A stretch of DNA of 64,000 nt, from the NCBI GenBank assembly GCA_026986575.1, contig JALSOH010000004.1, positions 448,001-512,000 of the forward strand, in the 5' to 3' direction. How positions within the stretch are numbered: position 1 is the stretch's first letter; the number at the start of each line of letters is the position of its first letter. The translations under genes were made by a program, and so were the position numbers. Under the pieces are notes generated by a model that did not search any database, was not told where the DNA came from, and saw nothing but the letters and a program-made list of their open reading frames with translations. This document shows positions 9,203-18,919 of the stretch, in pieces. The stretch is from Thermoproteota archaeon (lineage in GTDB: Archaea > Korarchaeota > Korarchaeia > Korarchaeales > Korarchaeaceae).

Positions 9203-10366
9203 TCACTCAACTCTCAAGAGGAGGCCTTTGAGGTATCTCGTCCAAGGATGCACGGGATCTATTGGATGATCGGGAGAAGCCCCCCTCTCACCTAGAATCG
9301 TGATCTCCCGATTGGAGAGGATAGCTGACCTGACCACGATCTTTTTGAATTCCTCCTTGGTGATGAATTGGCTACAGCTGCTTGTGAACATGAGGCCACC
9401 ACTTACCACCCTCTCCATAGCGGCGGCATTGACTGCTGCGTAGGTCTTCCTAGCTCTGGGGACCATGTCCCTGCTTGGAGCTAGGGCTGGTGGATCTACG
9501 ATAACCAGATCGTAGGCGGAGGAGTCTCTCTCCAGAAACTCCTTGACCCTAGATTGAACGGTCACTAACTCAATCGAGTTGAGTCTCACATTAGACTTCA
9601 TTTCCGTGACGGCGTACTCCGACTCATCGACAGCAACGACCTCGGCGCCGGAGAGAGCGGCGTGTATCGCGAAACCGCCTGTGTAGCTGTAGAGATCCAA
9701 GACCCTGTCACTAGGACCAGCAAGGTAGCCAATTTCAATCCTGTTCAACCTTTGATCTATGAAGAAGCCCGTTTTCTGGCCCTTGATCGTATCCACGTGA
9801 AAGAGAGCCCCGCTCTCCCTCACTACAGCTCTAGTTTTACCTCCTGAGAGGATCCTCCTCTCCGAGGGCAGTCCGACTTCCCTCCTCGGCCTACTATCGT
9901 TCTTAAGAACTATGGAACTGGGCTTGAATAAGTCCTCCACCATGGCCGAGATCTCCTCCACTCGCCTATCTATTCCTATTGAGGTGGAGGAGATGACGAC
10001 GATATCGTCGTATACATCTATTATCAACCCTGGAAGGGCATCAGCCTCGCTGTGCACCCATCGAAAGAAATTGTCCAGCTTAAGTTTCTCCCTCAACCTC
10101 AAGGCCTCCTCTAACCTACGATAAAGTAGAGAAGAGGGATTCTCCAGCTCCGTGGAGAGGACCCTCACTGCCATAGCCCCTATTCCCTCGAAGAAGCCCA
10201 AACCCAGCGTGTCTCCTCTCTCATCCTTTATTACGACTAAGTCTCCCTCCTCCACGGGTCCCCTTAGGGAGATGAGCCACTTGACGTAGATATTCCGCTG
10301 CCCCTTTCTCAGCCTAGAAGCCCCTTCCTCAGCGAGCACGGCTTCCCCAACGGGGCTCCAGATCAA
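9203..10366 (-). CDS. RlmI-like (PUA + SAM-dependent) rRNA m5C methyltransferase
   Basis: HSEADALPGLIID, GQKTGFFIDQR, VLDLYSYTGGF, VDPP, TSSCS. Confidence 0.9.
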   Translation of the reverse strand: MIWSPVGEAVLAEEGASRLRKGQRNIYVKWLISLRGPVEEGDLVVIKDERGDTLGLGFFEGIGAMAVRVLSTELENPSSLLYRRLEEALRLREKLKLDNFFRWVHSEADALPGLIIDVYDDIVVISSTSIGIDRRVEEISAMVEDLFKPSSIVLKNDSRPRREVGLPSERRILSGGKTRAVVRESGALFHVDTIKGQKTGFFIDQRLNRIEIGYLAGPSDRVLDLYSYTGGFAIHAALSGAEVVAVDESEYAVTEMKSNVRLNSIELVTVQSRVKEFLERDSSAYDLVIVDPPALAPSRDMVPRARKTYAAVNAAAMERVVSGGLMFTSSCSQFITKEEFKKIVVRSAILSNREITILGERGASPDHPIDPVHPWTRYLKGLLLRVE

Positions 10367-10374
10367 GGGTTGTT

Positions 10375-11502
10375 CTACCTCCTAAGGTAGTCTGGGTCCT
10401 TGGAGAGCTTCTCGGTGAGGGGAATGCCTCTATTCCTCCCGACCACCACGGTATCCTCTATTCTTATGCCTCCCCATCCCCTAATGTAGATTCCTGGCTC
10501 ATCAGTCACTGTCATCCCTTCTTGGAGCCTTCCTCCTCTCCCCACTAGGAGCCTGAAGAACTCGTGGATGTCGATGCCAATCCCATGCCCCAGAGAATGA
10601 ACGAAGTACTCTAAAAGGTCCAATTCCTTCAATACCTTCCTAGCCTCTATATCTGGTCTCTCCATGGGAACTCCGTCCCTTATGAAATCCAATGCTCTCA
10701 ACTGTGCGTTGAGAACGGCCTCGTACTTGTCTAAAAAGCCCTCCGGCGGGCTACCGATGTAGAAGGTACGGGTCATATCGCTGCAGTACCCCATATACTT
10801 GGAGCCAAAGTCGATGAGCAATATCTCCCCCTCGCTGACCCTCCGCTCGGTGTTAATGTGATGAGCATTGAATGAGTTGGCCCCACTCGCCACTATCGTC
10901 GGAAAGCTGGGTTCCTCAGCACCTAACTCCTTCATCTTAAACTCAAGCATGTTAGCTATCTCCCTCTCAGTCATTCCAATCCTTATCTCCAGAGATTCGA
11001 AGGCCCTCATCGCTATCGATGCGCTCTCCTTCATGAGTCCCAACTCATACTCGCTCTTGATGATCCTCATCCTCCTCAGCTGATCGTCCAAGCTCACTAT
11101 AGCCGCGCTCTTTTTCCCCCTCTTGAACCTCTTCCTCACTTTCTCCACCTGCTCTTGAGATGACAGGAAGTCTACAGCTATCCTCCTAGCACCTCCGTGC
11201 CTCTCAGCTACCAGATCGTAGACGCTGGGGTTAATCACTTCCTTACCGCTGGTCCCGTAGAAAGGCTTCTGAACCTCCACATGATAAGGCGTCTTCTCCC
11301 GAGCGATCTCGTCTCCGAAAGCATATCTCGCGACCAAATAGGGATCGTCATCTAGGGGAACGACAAGCAGCTGGGCTTCGGCTGTCCCTGCTAAGTATAG
11401 CATGTTGCTTGGGGAGTTCACGAGGGAGAGGTCTATATCCCTCCTTCCCATCCACCTCTTCAGCCTGCGGATCCTAGAGTCCAACTCACTCCTTGGATAC
11501 AT
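10375..11502 (-). CDS. Xaa-Pro aminopeptidase/prolidase (M24B)
   Basis: Creatinase-like N domain; DFG..YCSDMTRT, HSLGHGIG, TDEPGIY, GIRIED. Confidence 0.92.
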   Translation of the reverse strand: MYPRSELDSRIRRLKRWMGRRDIDLSLVNSPSNMLYLAGTAEAQLLVVPLDDDPYLVARYAFGDEIAREKTPYHVEVQKPFYGTSGKEVINPSVYDLVAERHGGARRIAVDFLSSQEQVEKVRKRFKRGKKSAAIVSLDDQLRRMRIIKSEYELGLMKESASIAMRAFESLEIRIGMTEREIANMLEFKMKELGAEEPSFPTIVASGANSFNAHHINTERRVSEGEILLIDFGSKYMGYCSDMTRTFYIGSPPEGFLDKYEAVLNAQLRALDFIRDGVPMERPDIEARKVLKELDLLEYFVHSLGHGIGIDIHEFFRLLVGRGGRLQEGMTVTDEPGIYIRGWGGIRIEDTVVVGRNRGIPLTEKLSKDPDYLRR

Positions 11503-11559
11503 TGCGGGTCACCCAAATGCCAGCATGATAGGCGGGCCAGAGGGGATAAAGTTGAGTCG

Positions 11560-13023
11560 TTAGACGTTTATGAGCTCCCCAACTTCTGGCAGTAATACTC
11601 GATCTCTCATGCCCTTAGGCACATACAGATCGAATAGATCCGGGTGCTCGGTGTGAATGGGAACAATCCTGTCGGGATTAACTCTATCTAAGACATCAGC
11701 TATCTGCTTCGGGGAAAGGTGCCCGGACACGTGGATTCGATAGTAACGGTGAACCCCATATATAAGGAGCCAGTTCATGAGTCTGTCCATTGAGAGGGCG
11801 CTCTCTTCACTGAAGGGCTCGGATCTACTCATCACGAAGTCTATGTGGGGTTTCACGCCCAGAGGAATCTCGTATAGGAACCTCGTGGCATTACTGGTGA
11901 CCACGAAGTAAGAGCTCTCGTCTTTGAGTATCTCCCTCCTTAGGTCACCCCATATTACAGATCCGGATCCTTTCTTATCCTCCACCCTTTCGATGAATTC
12001 TACGAGGGGTCTGGGCTCCCTCGACCCTAACTTCACCTCTCTCCCCCCTTTCCTCCTCTTCCTTCTCCACAGCAAGTAATCTCCAGGTAATGGAAGACCA
12101 CTAATCCCCGCACCGCTCAACGTTTCCGCCATGAAACCGATCCTCTCGTCGACTACTAGTTCCCTGCCCATCTTCTCAGCCACCTTGCATACGGTCCTGA
12201 CCCTGTCAACATCCGTGGGCGAGACCTCCACGAGCGCGAGTCGGGAACTGCCCTCCAATATCTCCATCATCCTCTCTCCAACCTCCCTCTCGGAGGAGAC
12301 CTCGAAGTTTACCCTCTTGGGTGGCTCTCGCTTCCATCTGTACCAGATTCTATTCTCCAATACCTTGACCAGAGAGGCCTCAGGGTCATTCTCGGGCGCC
12401 ACCTTAGTGGCCTCCATGAGGAGCAGATCAACCCCCTCCTCCGCTAGCATATTTAGGAAATCCATGGTCATGTCACTCCTAGGACCGTGCATCCTGAGAT
12501 CTCCTGTGTAGGCAATCTTCTTCGAGCAGCATTCGATCAGGAATCCGTATGCCCCAGGTACAGAGTGATCCACATGAGTGGGGATAACCTTCAGGCCCTC
12601 CATGTCCAGTACATCTCCTGTCCTGAAGGTGTGCATCTCGAACTTATCTAGGACCGACAGGTCCTTGAACCCCATAGACCTGTAAGCCTCCAATATCACT
12701 CTACTGGCCTCTCCCAAGTGGACAGCTATCTCCCTGTGAACTAGGGGGAGATAACCCCAATGATCCAAGTGAGCGTGACTTACGAGTAGGCCGGTGATGT
12801 CGTAGCCCTCCATCTTCCACTCGGGTCCCTGAGAGGGGGGAAGGAGGCCTGTCTTGAAGTAGTCCTCAGGGAACATGGGGGACATGAAGGGATACTGGAA
12901 GAAGGCTTCCTCGCGGGAAAAGCTCTTTCCGAAATCGAGCATGATTGCGAGCCTGTCGGGGGAGGACACCAGCACCTTATTGCCTCCGATCTCCCCAATA
13001 CCACCGAATATCCTGACTTCCAC
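11560..13023 (-). CDS. Metallo-beta-lactamase/beta-CASP hydrolase, RNase J-like
   Basis: GGIGEIGGN, SHAHLDH, DHS, YTGD, HVSGH, PIHTEH. Confidence 0.85.
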   Translation of the reverse strand: MEVRIFGGIGEIGGNKVLVSSPDRLAIMLDFGKSFSREEAFFQYPFMSPMFPEDYFKTGLLPPSQGPEWKMEGYDITGLLVSHAHLDHWGYLPLVHREIAVHLGEASRVILEAYRSMGFKDLSVLDKFEMHTFRTGDVLDMEGLKVIPTHVDHSVPGAYGFLIECCSKKIAYTGDLRMHGPRSDMTMDFLNMLAEEGVDLLLMEATKVAPENDPEASLVKVLENRIWYRWKREPPKRVNFEVSSEREVGERMMEILEGSSRLALVEVSPTDVDRVRTVCKVAEKMGRELVVDERIGFMAETLSGAGISGLPLPGDYLLWRRKRRKGGREVKLGSREPRPLVEFIERVEDKKGSGSVIWGDLRREILKDESSYFVVTSNATRFLYEIPLGVKPHIDFVMSRSEPFSEESALSMDRLMNWLLIYGVHRYYRIHVSGHLSPKQIADVLDRVNPDRIVPIHTEHPDLFDLYVPKGMRDRVLLPEVGELINV

Positions 13024-13074
13024 AGGTCGAATGCCGTGGTTACCTTTATCAATTTTTTATGAGGGAGGCGCCGG

Positions 13075-13314
13075 GTGATCACTCTGGCCGTAGTGCAAGT
13101 GGACTTCCACGTTATACTCAATATAGATGAGGCCAAGTGTATCGGATGCGGCATCTGTGTTGATGTCTGTCCATCTAACATATGGCGCCTAAATGAGAAC
13201 AAGAAAGCCTATCCGAGGGAGAACTATGAGCCTGACTGCTTCATATGCCATGCCTGTGCAGTGTCTTGTCCCGTGGGAGCGATAGTCGTTCAGGAGGAGG
13301 TATGGGAGAAGTAG
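13075..13314 (+). CDS. 2x[4Fe-4S] ferredoxin
   Basis: CIGCGICVDVCP and CFICHACAVSCP. Confidence 0.92.
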   Translation: MITLAVVQVDFHVILNIDEAKCIGCGICVDVCPSNIWRLNENKKAYPRENYEPDCFICHACAVSCPVGAIVVQEEVWEK

Positions 13315-13322
13315 TCAAGCGA

Positions 13323-14036
13323 TCATATGACCTCTTTATACTCCTCTATCCTCCCCTCAGCCCTCCTGAATATAAGGAGAGTCCAATTTTCCATTTCCTC
13401 CCAGTTTCCATCATCTAAAGGCTCCGATGCTAGAATGACTATCCCCTCCCCCCTCTTCACGTAGAGGTTGAAGTAATCTGGCCTCTCCTTGGCACCCTTT
13501 AGCGCGTAGATCTCATCATCACTTACCATCAGGAAGGTCATGGATGACAGACCCTCCCAGAACTTCTCTCTTATCTCCCTCACGCCCTCCACCAACTTAG
13601 AGGGATCGACACCGTTGTGGGTCAGCCCCAACATCATTGCCTCGCTGTCCGTCTTACCTAGAGCATTCCCCTCCTCTATCCCCTTGACCGATCCATTGTG
13701 AGCAAAGAACCATACCTTGCCCCCGACGATCACCGAGAAGGGGTGGGTGTTCTCGAAGCTGACCTCACCTACTGACGCGGCCCTCGCGTGAGCTAAGACG
13801 ACATCAGCTCTAAAGCGCGCGTAAAAGCCCCTCCTCCACATGGGGAAGGTCTCCCTCACGTAGAGAACGGGCCTACCCTTGGAGAAGGCGGCTAACCCCC
13901 ATCCGTGAGGGTGGCCCATCCCGCTCTCCTTGGAAGACCTACCCCGGCTGGCCATGTGGGCCACAGCCTCTAGGAAATCTTCAACCTCGTAACCCTTCAC
14001 CGGCTCTAGGGACATGAAGGCGGCCATTCTACACAT
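13323..14036 (-). CDS. Class II (Ntn) glutamine amidotransferase-like protein (YafJ/EgtC-like)
   Basis: Start re-assigned to ATG 14036, giving N-terminal MCR with nucleophilic Cys; HPHGWG, HARAAS, ENTHPF, FAHNG, TDSE. Confidence 0.88.
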   Translation of the reverse strand: MCRMAAFMSLEPVKGYEVEDFLEAVAHMASRGRSSKESGMGHPHGWGLAAFSKGRPVLYVRETFPMWRRGFYARFRADVVLAHARAASVGEVSFENTHPFSVIVGGKVWFFAHNGSVKGIEEGNALGKTDSEAMMLGLTHNGVDPSKLVEGVREIREKFWEGLSSMTFLMVSDDEIYALKGAKERPDYFNLYVKRGEGIVILASEPLDDGNWEEMENWTLLIFRRAEGRIEEYKEVI

Positions 14037-14065
14037 GCTAATCCAACTGGAGGAGCGAGCCAACC

Positions 14066-14073
14066 TTTTTATA
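14066..14073 (+). promoter_or_regulatory. TATA box for tRNA-Asn (in the divergent gap shared with the amidotransferase gene)
   Basis: TTTTTATA about 37 nt upstream of the mature tRNA 5' end. Confidence 0.55.
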
Positions 14074-14109
14074 CTATTTCCAAGTTCCATGTCGTGGCCC
14101 GTCGCTAGG

Positions 14110-14186
14110 GGCGGGGTAGCTTAGCCAGGTAGAGCGCCCGGCTGTTAACCGGGAGGTCGTGGGTTCGAATCCCACCCCCGCCGCCA
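14110..14186 (+). tRNA. tRNA-Asn (GTT), intronless, CCA encoded
   Basis: Acceptor GGCGGGG/CCCCGCC, discriminator G then CCA; D arm GCTT..GAGC; anticodon stem CCCGG-CT GTT AA-CCGGG; T arm GTGGG-TTCGAAT-CCCAC. Confidence 0.97.
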
Positions 14187-14217
14187 TCTCGATTTTAAGC
14201 TCATCCGTGCCTCTTCC

Positions 14218-15423
14218 ATGGTGCTCCTAATGAGAAGGGAGGATGAGTTCTTCGTAGTGTCAGGGAGGGAGATCAAGGAGGGAAAGGTCACCGATATCTA
14301 CTTCATCAGAACCATGAAGGTCCTCAGGGCCAAGGGACTGGCGGACAAACATGTCGTCATGGAGATAGCAGCCAGATCCCTACCGAACGGCGCCCCTTGG
14401 GGGATACTGGCAGGAGTGGAGGAAGTGGCTAGGCTCCTTGAGGGCGGGAATTTGGATGTGTATGCTCTCCCCGATGGCAGCCTCTTGAGACCTTGGATAC
14501 CCATCATGAGAATAGAGGGAGCCTACTCGGAGATAGGACCCTTGGAGACCTCGATACTCGGGTTCCTATGCAGCCTCTCCGGGATAGCCACGATGGCGGC
14601 TAGGGTAAAGTTCGCGGCCGGGGAGAAACCAGTGGTCAACTTCGGGATAAGGAGACAGCATCCCGCTGTAAGTCTGGCGTACGAGAGAGCCAGCCTCATA
14701 GGCGGGCTCGACGGATCTTCTGGCATTCTACTGGAGGAGATCGGTTTCAAACCTGTAGGTACGATGCCCCACGCTATGATCATACTCTTCGGGGACCAGG
14801 TTGCCGCTTGGAAATCATTCGACGAGGTCCTGCCGGATGAGGTTCCTAGGATAGCCTTGGTGGACACTTTCTATGATGAGAAGACAGAAGCAATAATGGC
14901 CGCGGAGGCATTGAAGGATAGACTCGAGGGGGTCAGGCTCGACACTCCAAGCTCTAGGAGAGGGAGGATGTCCGACATAATCAAGGAGGTGAGGTGGGAG
15001 CTGGATGTGAGGGGCTTTAAACACGTGAAGATATTCGTCTCTGGGGGACTAAACGAATATACTGTTAAGGAGTACTCCGAGGCCGGTGCCGATGCATTTG
15101 GAGTAGGTTCTCACATAATGGGAGCTAAACCAGTAGACTTCGGCATGGACATAGTGGAAGTTGAGGGAGAACCGAGGGCCAAGAGAGGGATAAAGTCAGG
15201 GGCCAAAGACCTCTACATCTGTGAGGAGCATCTCATCTACAAATATGTGCCGAAGGGATCCGAACCGCCGAAGTGCCCCGTCTGCGGTAAGGAGATGTCC
15301 TACGCCTACAGAAAGATACTGGATGGAGGAAGGCTGGTCTACAGGATAGAAGACCTCAAAGCGATCAACGAGGCCACTAAGGATCTACTGAGAAAACTCA
15401 GGGATTTGGGAGAGGGCCTCTGA
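14218..15423 (+). CDS. pncB: Nicotinate phosphoribosyltransferase
   Basis: TDIYF, FGIRR, GTMPH, LVDTF, VRLDT, SGG, FGVG; C-terminal CEEH/CPVC ribbon. Confidence 0.9.
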   Translation: MVLLMRREDEFFVVSGREIKEGKVTDIYFIRTMKVLRAKGLADKHVVMEIAARSLPNGAPWGILAGVEEVARLLEGGNLDVYALPDGSLLRPWIPIMRIEGAYSEIGPLETSILGFLCSLSGIATMAARVKFAAGEKPVVNFGIRRQHPAVSLAYERASLIGGLDGSSGILLEEIGFKPVGTMPHAMIILFGDQVAAWKSFDEVLPDEVPRIALVDTFYDEKTEAIMAAEALKDRLEGVRLDTPSSRRGRMSDIIKEVRWELDVRGFKHVKIFVSGGLNEYTVKEYSEAGADAFGVGSHIMGAKPVDFGMDIVEVEGEPRAKRGIKSGAKDLYICEEHLIYKYVPKGSEPPKCPVCGKEMSYAYRKILDGGRLVYRIEDLKAINEATKDLLRKLRDLGEGL

Positions 15424-15427
15424 TGGA

Positions 15428-16393
15428 TTAACCCACCTCTATCCTCGCCCCCTCCCCGGCGACCCTCGCTGTGAACACCATCTCTGCGACAGGTTCCAGC
15501 TCCCTAATTAGGGAGGATGGTCGGGGATGCAAGATAACGACGCAGCCTCCTCCTCCCGCTCCGGATAGCTTGGCTCCATAGGAGCCGCTCTCTCTCGCCT
15601 TCCAGACTATTCTCTCTATCTCCCAGCTACTCACTCCTAGGGAGTAGAGCAGGCCTTGATCGACATTCATAAGGGTTCCTAGGAGCTCATAATCCTCGGC
15701 CATAATAGCCTCCCTTCCCCTGACAACCAGCTCAGATATAGCCCTGACCACGGAGTCCCTCACTCCGGGCAACATAGATCCCAAGGTGCTTACCCTCTCG
15801 ATCATCTCCTTGGTCGGGCTAGGCTTTCCAGTACAAGCCATAACTAGGGGGACATCCTTGAATCCCAAGCTGCTAGCCGTCATGACATCGCCCGTCCACT
15901 CCACCCATATGATCCCGCCCATGACTGCGCATGCCGGTCCCGTCTTGCTGGCCTTGCCGTGTATGATCCTTTCAAAGAGATACACGGATTCTAAGAGCTC
16001 TTCCTCACTCATTCCCAGCTCAAATAGGCCATCGATCGATTTGGAGATGGATGCCGCTACTGAGGCGGAGGAAGCCATTCCACTCCCAATGGGGACCTCA
16101 GATCTTATCTCCAGCTCGACCCCCGACCTCACATCATATCTTTCTAGGATGCCCTTGACACCTCTCGCTACCCTCTCCAGTTCTGGATTAATCGTCAAAA
16201 TGGAACGATCCCTCTCCTCGTAGACTCCTAGGAGATGAGACTTTATCCTCAGATGCCCCTTTTCCAACTCCTTAGCGGTAGAGAATGATCTCCTATCAAC
16301 GCTCAAGGCTAAAGCAGGGGATCTATATAACACCGCATGCTCTCCCATGAGGAAAGCTTGGGAAGGGGCTGATGCTGTTACCGTTCCTCTCAT
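15428..16393 (-). CDS. mvk: Mevalonate kinase (GHMP family)
   Basis: LMGEHAVLY, PIGSGMASSAS, GAKLSGAGGGG. Confidence 0.82.
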   Translation of the reverse strand: MRGTVTASAPSQAFLMGEHAVLYRSPALALSVDRRSFSTAKELEKGHLRIKSHLLGVYEERDRSILTINPELERVARGVKGILERYDVRSGVELEIRSEVPIGSGMASSASVAASISKSIDGLFELGMSEEELLESVYLFERIIHGKASKTGPACAVMGGIIWVEWTGDVMTASSLGFKDVPLVMACTGKPSPTKEMIERVSTLGSMLPGVRDSVVRAISELVVRGREAIMAEDYELLGTLMNVDQGLLYSLGVSSWEIERIVWKARESGSYGAKLSGAGGGGCVVILHPRPSSLIRELEPVAEMVFTARVAGEGARIEVG

Positions 16394-16855
16394 CTGGGGA
16401 GGAGTCTAGTACATCGTAATTATCGTTATGCTTTTAATGAAAAGTTCAACACATAAGACCGCTCCTCGGCCGCTCACATATCTTCGTACGTACAACGACT
16501 ATCACACAAATTACATTGATACACACCTCACAATAATCAGAACTTTTCTAAATTTAGACATCTCGAATAAAATTATGTTCTAAATATACTCGCTATAAAT
16601 CATATAAAGAGATATACGTAATATTATAAATCAATTTTAACTATATAATTCGTAGAAACTGGAGTAAAGATCATGTATTTTTAATTATACAGTTACATAA
16701 TAAAAGCAATTATTAGCAGGAATCGACGTTTATTGATATATTATTTATATTATTTGGATAAAAAACATCTATTTACCTCAAGAAACGCGGTTAAAGGAGC
16801 TAAAATTCCCAGTATAGACTTATATTTGCAAGGAGGTGGATAACTGGGTGAGAGA
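16394..16855. promoter_or_regulatory. Unusually long, very AT-rich divergent intergenic region (mvk/ino1)
   Basis: 462 nt without an ORF; many TATA-like tracts; GGAGGTGG and GGTGA RBS-like motifs before ino1. Confidence 0.6.
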
Positions 16856-17965
16856 ATGCCGAAGGTGAAAGTGGCAATTGCCGGTGTAGGTAATGTGGCC
16901 TCCGCCTTAGTTCAAGGCGTATTCAAATACAGAGATGTCGACGACGATATGGATGTCCCTGGGCTGATGCACGTCAGGTTCGGACCGTACCACATTGCAG
17001 ACATAGAGTTCGTGGCCGCCTTCGATGTGGACGAGAGGAAGATAGGGAAAGACCTCTCCGAGGCCATATTTTCTAAGCCGAACAACTTGGAGAAGTTCGC
17101 TGATGTTCCGAGACTTGGAGTCGAGGTCTTGAAGGGAACGGTACTCGACGGCGTGGCTCCCCACATGAGGGACTTCAGATACGGGGAGGGCTTCCTCGTT
17201 GATGACTCTAGGCCGAGCGTAAGTGTGGCTGATGTGCTCAAGGAGACTGGTGCCGATGTCTTAGTTAACCTCATACCCGTAGGCAGCTACGAGGCGAGCA
17301 GGGCCTATGCCTCAGCAGCTCTGGAAGCCGGGACGGGATTCATAAACGGGATACCCGAGTTTATAGTCAGCGATCCGGAGTGGGCAGCGAAGTTCAGGGG
17401 CAGGGGAATACCAGCAGCTGGAGACGACTTCAAGAGCCAGTTAGGGGCTACGATACTTCACAGGACCATCGCGAGGCTCGCTGTGGAAAGGGGCCTGAGG
17501 GTGCTCAATACGTACCAGCTCAATATCGGAGGAAACACGGACTTCCTGAACATGATAGAAGAGTCTAGATTGAAGACCAAGAGAGTCAGCAAGACCGAGG
17601 CTGTCACGAGCATGGTGCCATACGAAATCGGTGCTAGAGTGGGACCGAGCGACTATGTTCCCTTCTTAGGGGACAGGAAGGTGATGTACATGTTCATGGA
17701 GGCTGAACAGTTTGGCGGGTTCAAGGTGTACATAGATGTGAAACTGAGCGTGATGGATTCGCCTAACGCAGCGGGTGTGGCCATAGACGCTATAAGGGCA
17801 GTAAAGCTTGCCATGGACAGGGGGATAGCGGGTCCTCTCGAAGGGGTCAGCGCGTACTTCTTCAAGCACCCGCCGAAGCAGCTCCCCGACTATGTGGCTA
17901 GGGAACTGGTGGAGGCATTCATAAGGGGTGAGGAGGTTAAGCTTAAGGAGATCACTAGAAAGTAG
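16856..17965 (+). CDS. ino1: myo-Inositol-1-phosphate synthase
   Basis: IAGVGNVAS, AAFDVD, GDDFKSQLGAT, YQLNIGGNTDF, DSPNAAG, YFFKHPP. Confidence 0.95.
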   Translation: MPKVKVAIAGVGNVASALVQGVFKYRDVDDDMDVPGLMHVRFGPYHIADIEFVAAFDVDERKIGKDLSEAIFSKPNNLEKFADVPRLGVEVLKGTVLDGVAPHMRDFRYGEGFLVDDSRPSVSVADVLKETGADVLVNLIPVGSYEASRAYASAALEAGTGFINGIPEFIVSDPEWAAKFRGRGIPAAGDDFKSQLGATILHRTIARLAVERGLRVLNTYQLNIGGNTDFLNMIEESRLKTKRVSKTEAVTSMVPYEIGARVGPSDYVPFLGDRKVMYMFMEAEQFGGFKVYIDVKLSVMDSPNAAGVAIDAIRAVKLAMDRGIAGPLEGVSAYFFKHPPKQLPDYVARELVEAFIRGEEVKLKEITRK

Positions 17966-18197
17966 AGCCCCTCACCTCATCCAACTTCTCCCTTATTCCC
18001 TCCAACGAAAAAAACGCCCTCGCATAGACAGATCTACCTTCTCCCCTCATGTACATCCAAGAGTTATTCAAAGGGTCTATTATCACCCTTTCGTCTTCCA
18101 TCTCGGCATCTATCCTTCCATCTTTATATCTCTTTATCAAGAACCCTCTCTTCATTAAGAGATCCACGATATATTCTATATCTACCATCGAGTTCAC
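17955..18197 (-). CDS. Small hypothetical protein
   Basis: 80-aa ORF with host-like codon usage and GGAGGGG RBS. Confidence 0.6.
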   Translation of the reverse strand: MNSMVDIEYIVDLLMKRGFLIKRYKDGRIDAEMEDERVIIDPLNNSWMYMRGEGRSVYARAFFSLEGIREKLDEVRGSTF

Positions 18198-18242
18198 CCC
18201 CTCCTAAACCTCCGAACGCACCCTAGGCTGCTCTATCCTAGA

Positions 18243-18884
18243 TCATTCAAACCGCCCTCTACCCTTAAAAATTCCCTCCAGGACCCCCTTTATATCAACG
18301 TATCTCTCGATTAATATTTCAAATGCCCTGTCTCTCTCACCAGTATCGACTACGAAGATCTCACCCTCCTTCATGAAGGAATAAGCAAGATATACCCTCT
18401 CCCCGATATCGAATCCCTCTTCTAATCCGAACCTCTTGGTTAGGAGCTGTAATGCTACCCTCAAGTCAGCTTTTGCCGCGCTCCTCCTAAAGGAATCGCT
18501 TTTTCCCCTTAAAACGTCTATCATCTCCCGTACAGATAATGATAGCGTCGACAGCCTAACCCTAATCTCCCTAATAGATTTCTCAAACAGGTATCTCAAT
18601 TCCTCCTGAGATAGCATATTCACGGGTAGGAGATAAGGCAAGCTAATGGGCTCATGATCAATTAAATGAGCAGGTAATGGCCTGAATAGGGCCGCGACGT
18701 GAACTACATCCTTTATGTACGATAATAGAAATTCATTCAGCAGATAATTGCCCTTCTTCGTAGAGATTACTCTAAAAGATACCCAATAACAACTCTCCCT
18801 TGGAAACTTATTCAAATGAGCGCTATTTATAGCTACCCACCACTCTGGGGCCCTCATCCTCATAAAATCAAGCACTACCTTCAC
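18243..18884 (-). CDS. Hypothetical protein downstream of the peptide ABC operon
   Basis: 213-aa ORF co-oriented with the operon; no recognisable motif. Confidence 0.6.
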   Translation of the reverse strand: MKVVLDFMRMRAPEWWVAINSAHLNKFPRESCYWVSFRVISTKKGNYLLNEFLLSYIKDVVHVAALFRPLPAHLIDHEPISLPYLLPVNMLSQEELRYLFEKSIREIRVRLSTLSLSVREMIDVLRGKSDSFRRSAAKADLRVALQLLTKRFGLEEGFDIGERVYLAYSFMKEGEIFVVDTGERDRAFEILIERYVDIKGVLEGIFKGRGRFE

Positions 18885-18919
18885 TCCTACTAAATAAAAT
18901 AAAGATTACAGAAAATTAT

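Noticed and set aside
14110-14186. tRNA-Asn as an integration site or intron-containing tRNA
   Set aside because: No duplicate of its 3' half was seen in the window, both flanks are housekeeping genes, and the cloverleaf is complete without an intron.
16394-16855. Replication origin call
   Set aside because: Only partial ORB-like words (ACTGGAGT, TTCCCAGT), no repeated ORB with G-string and no cdc6/orc1 in the window. Kept only as an AT-rich region.
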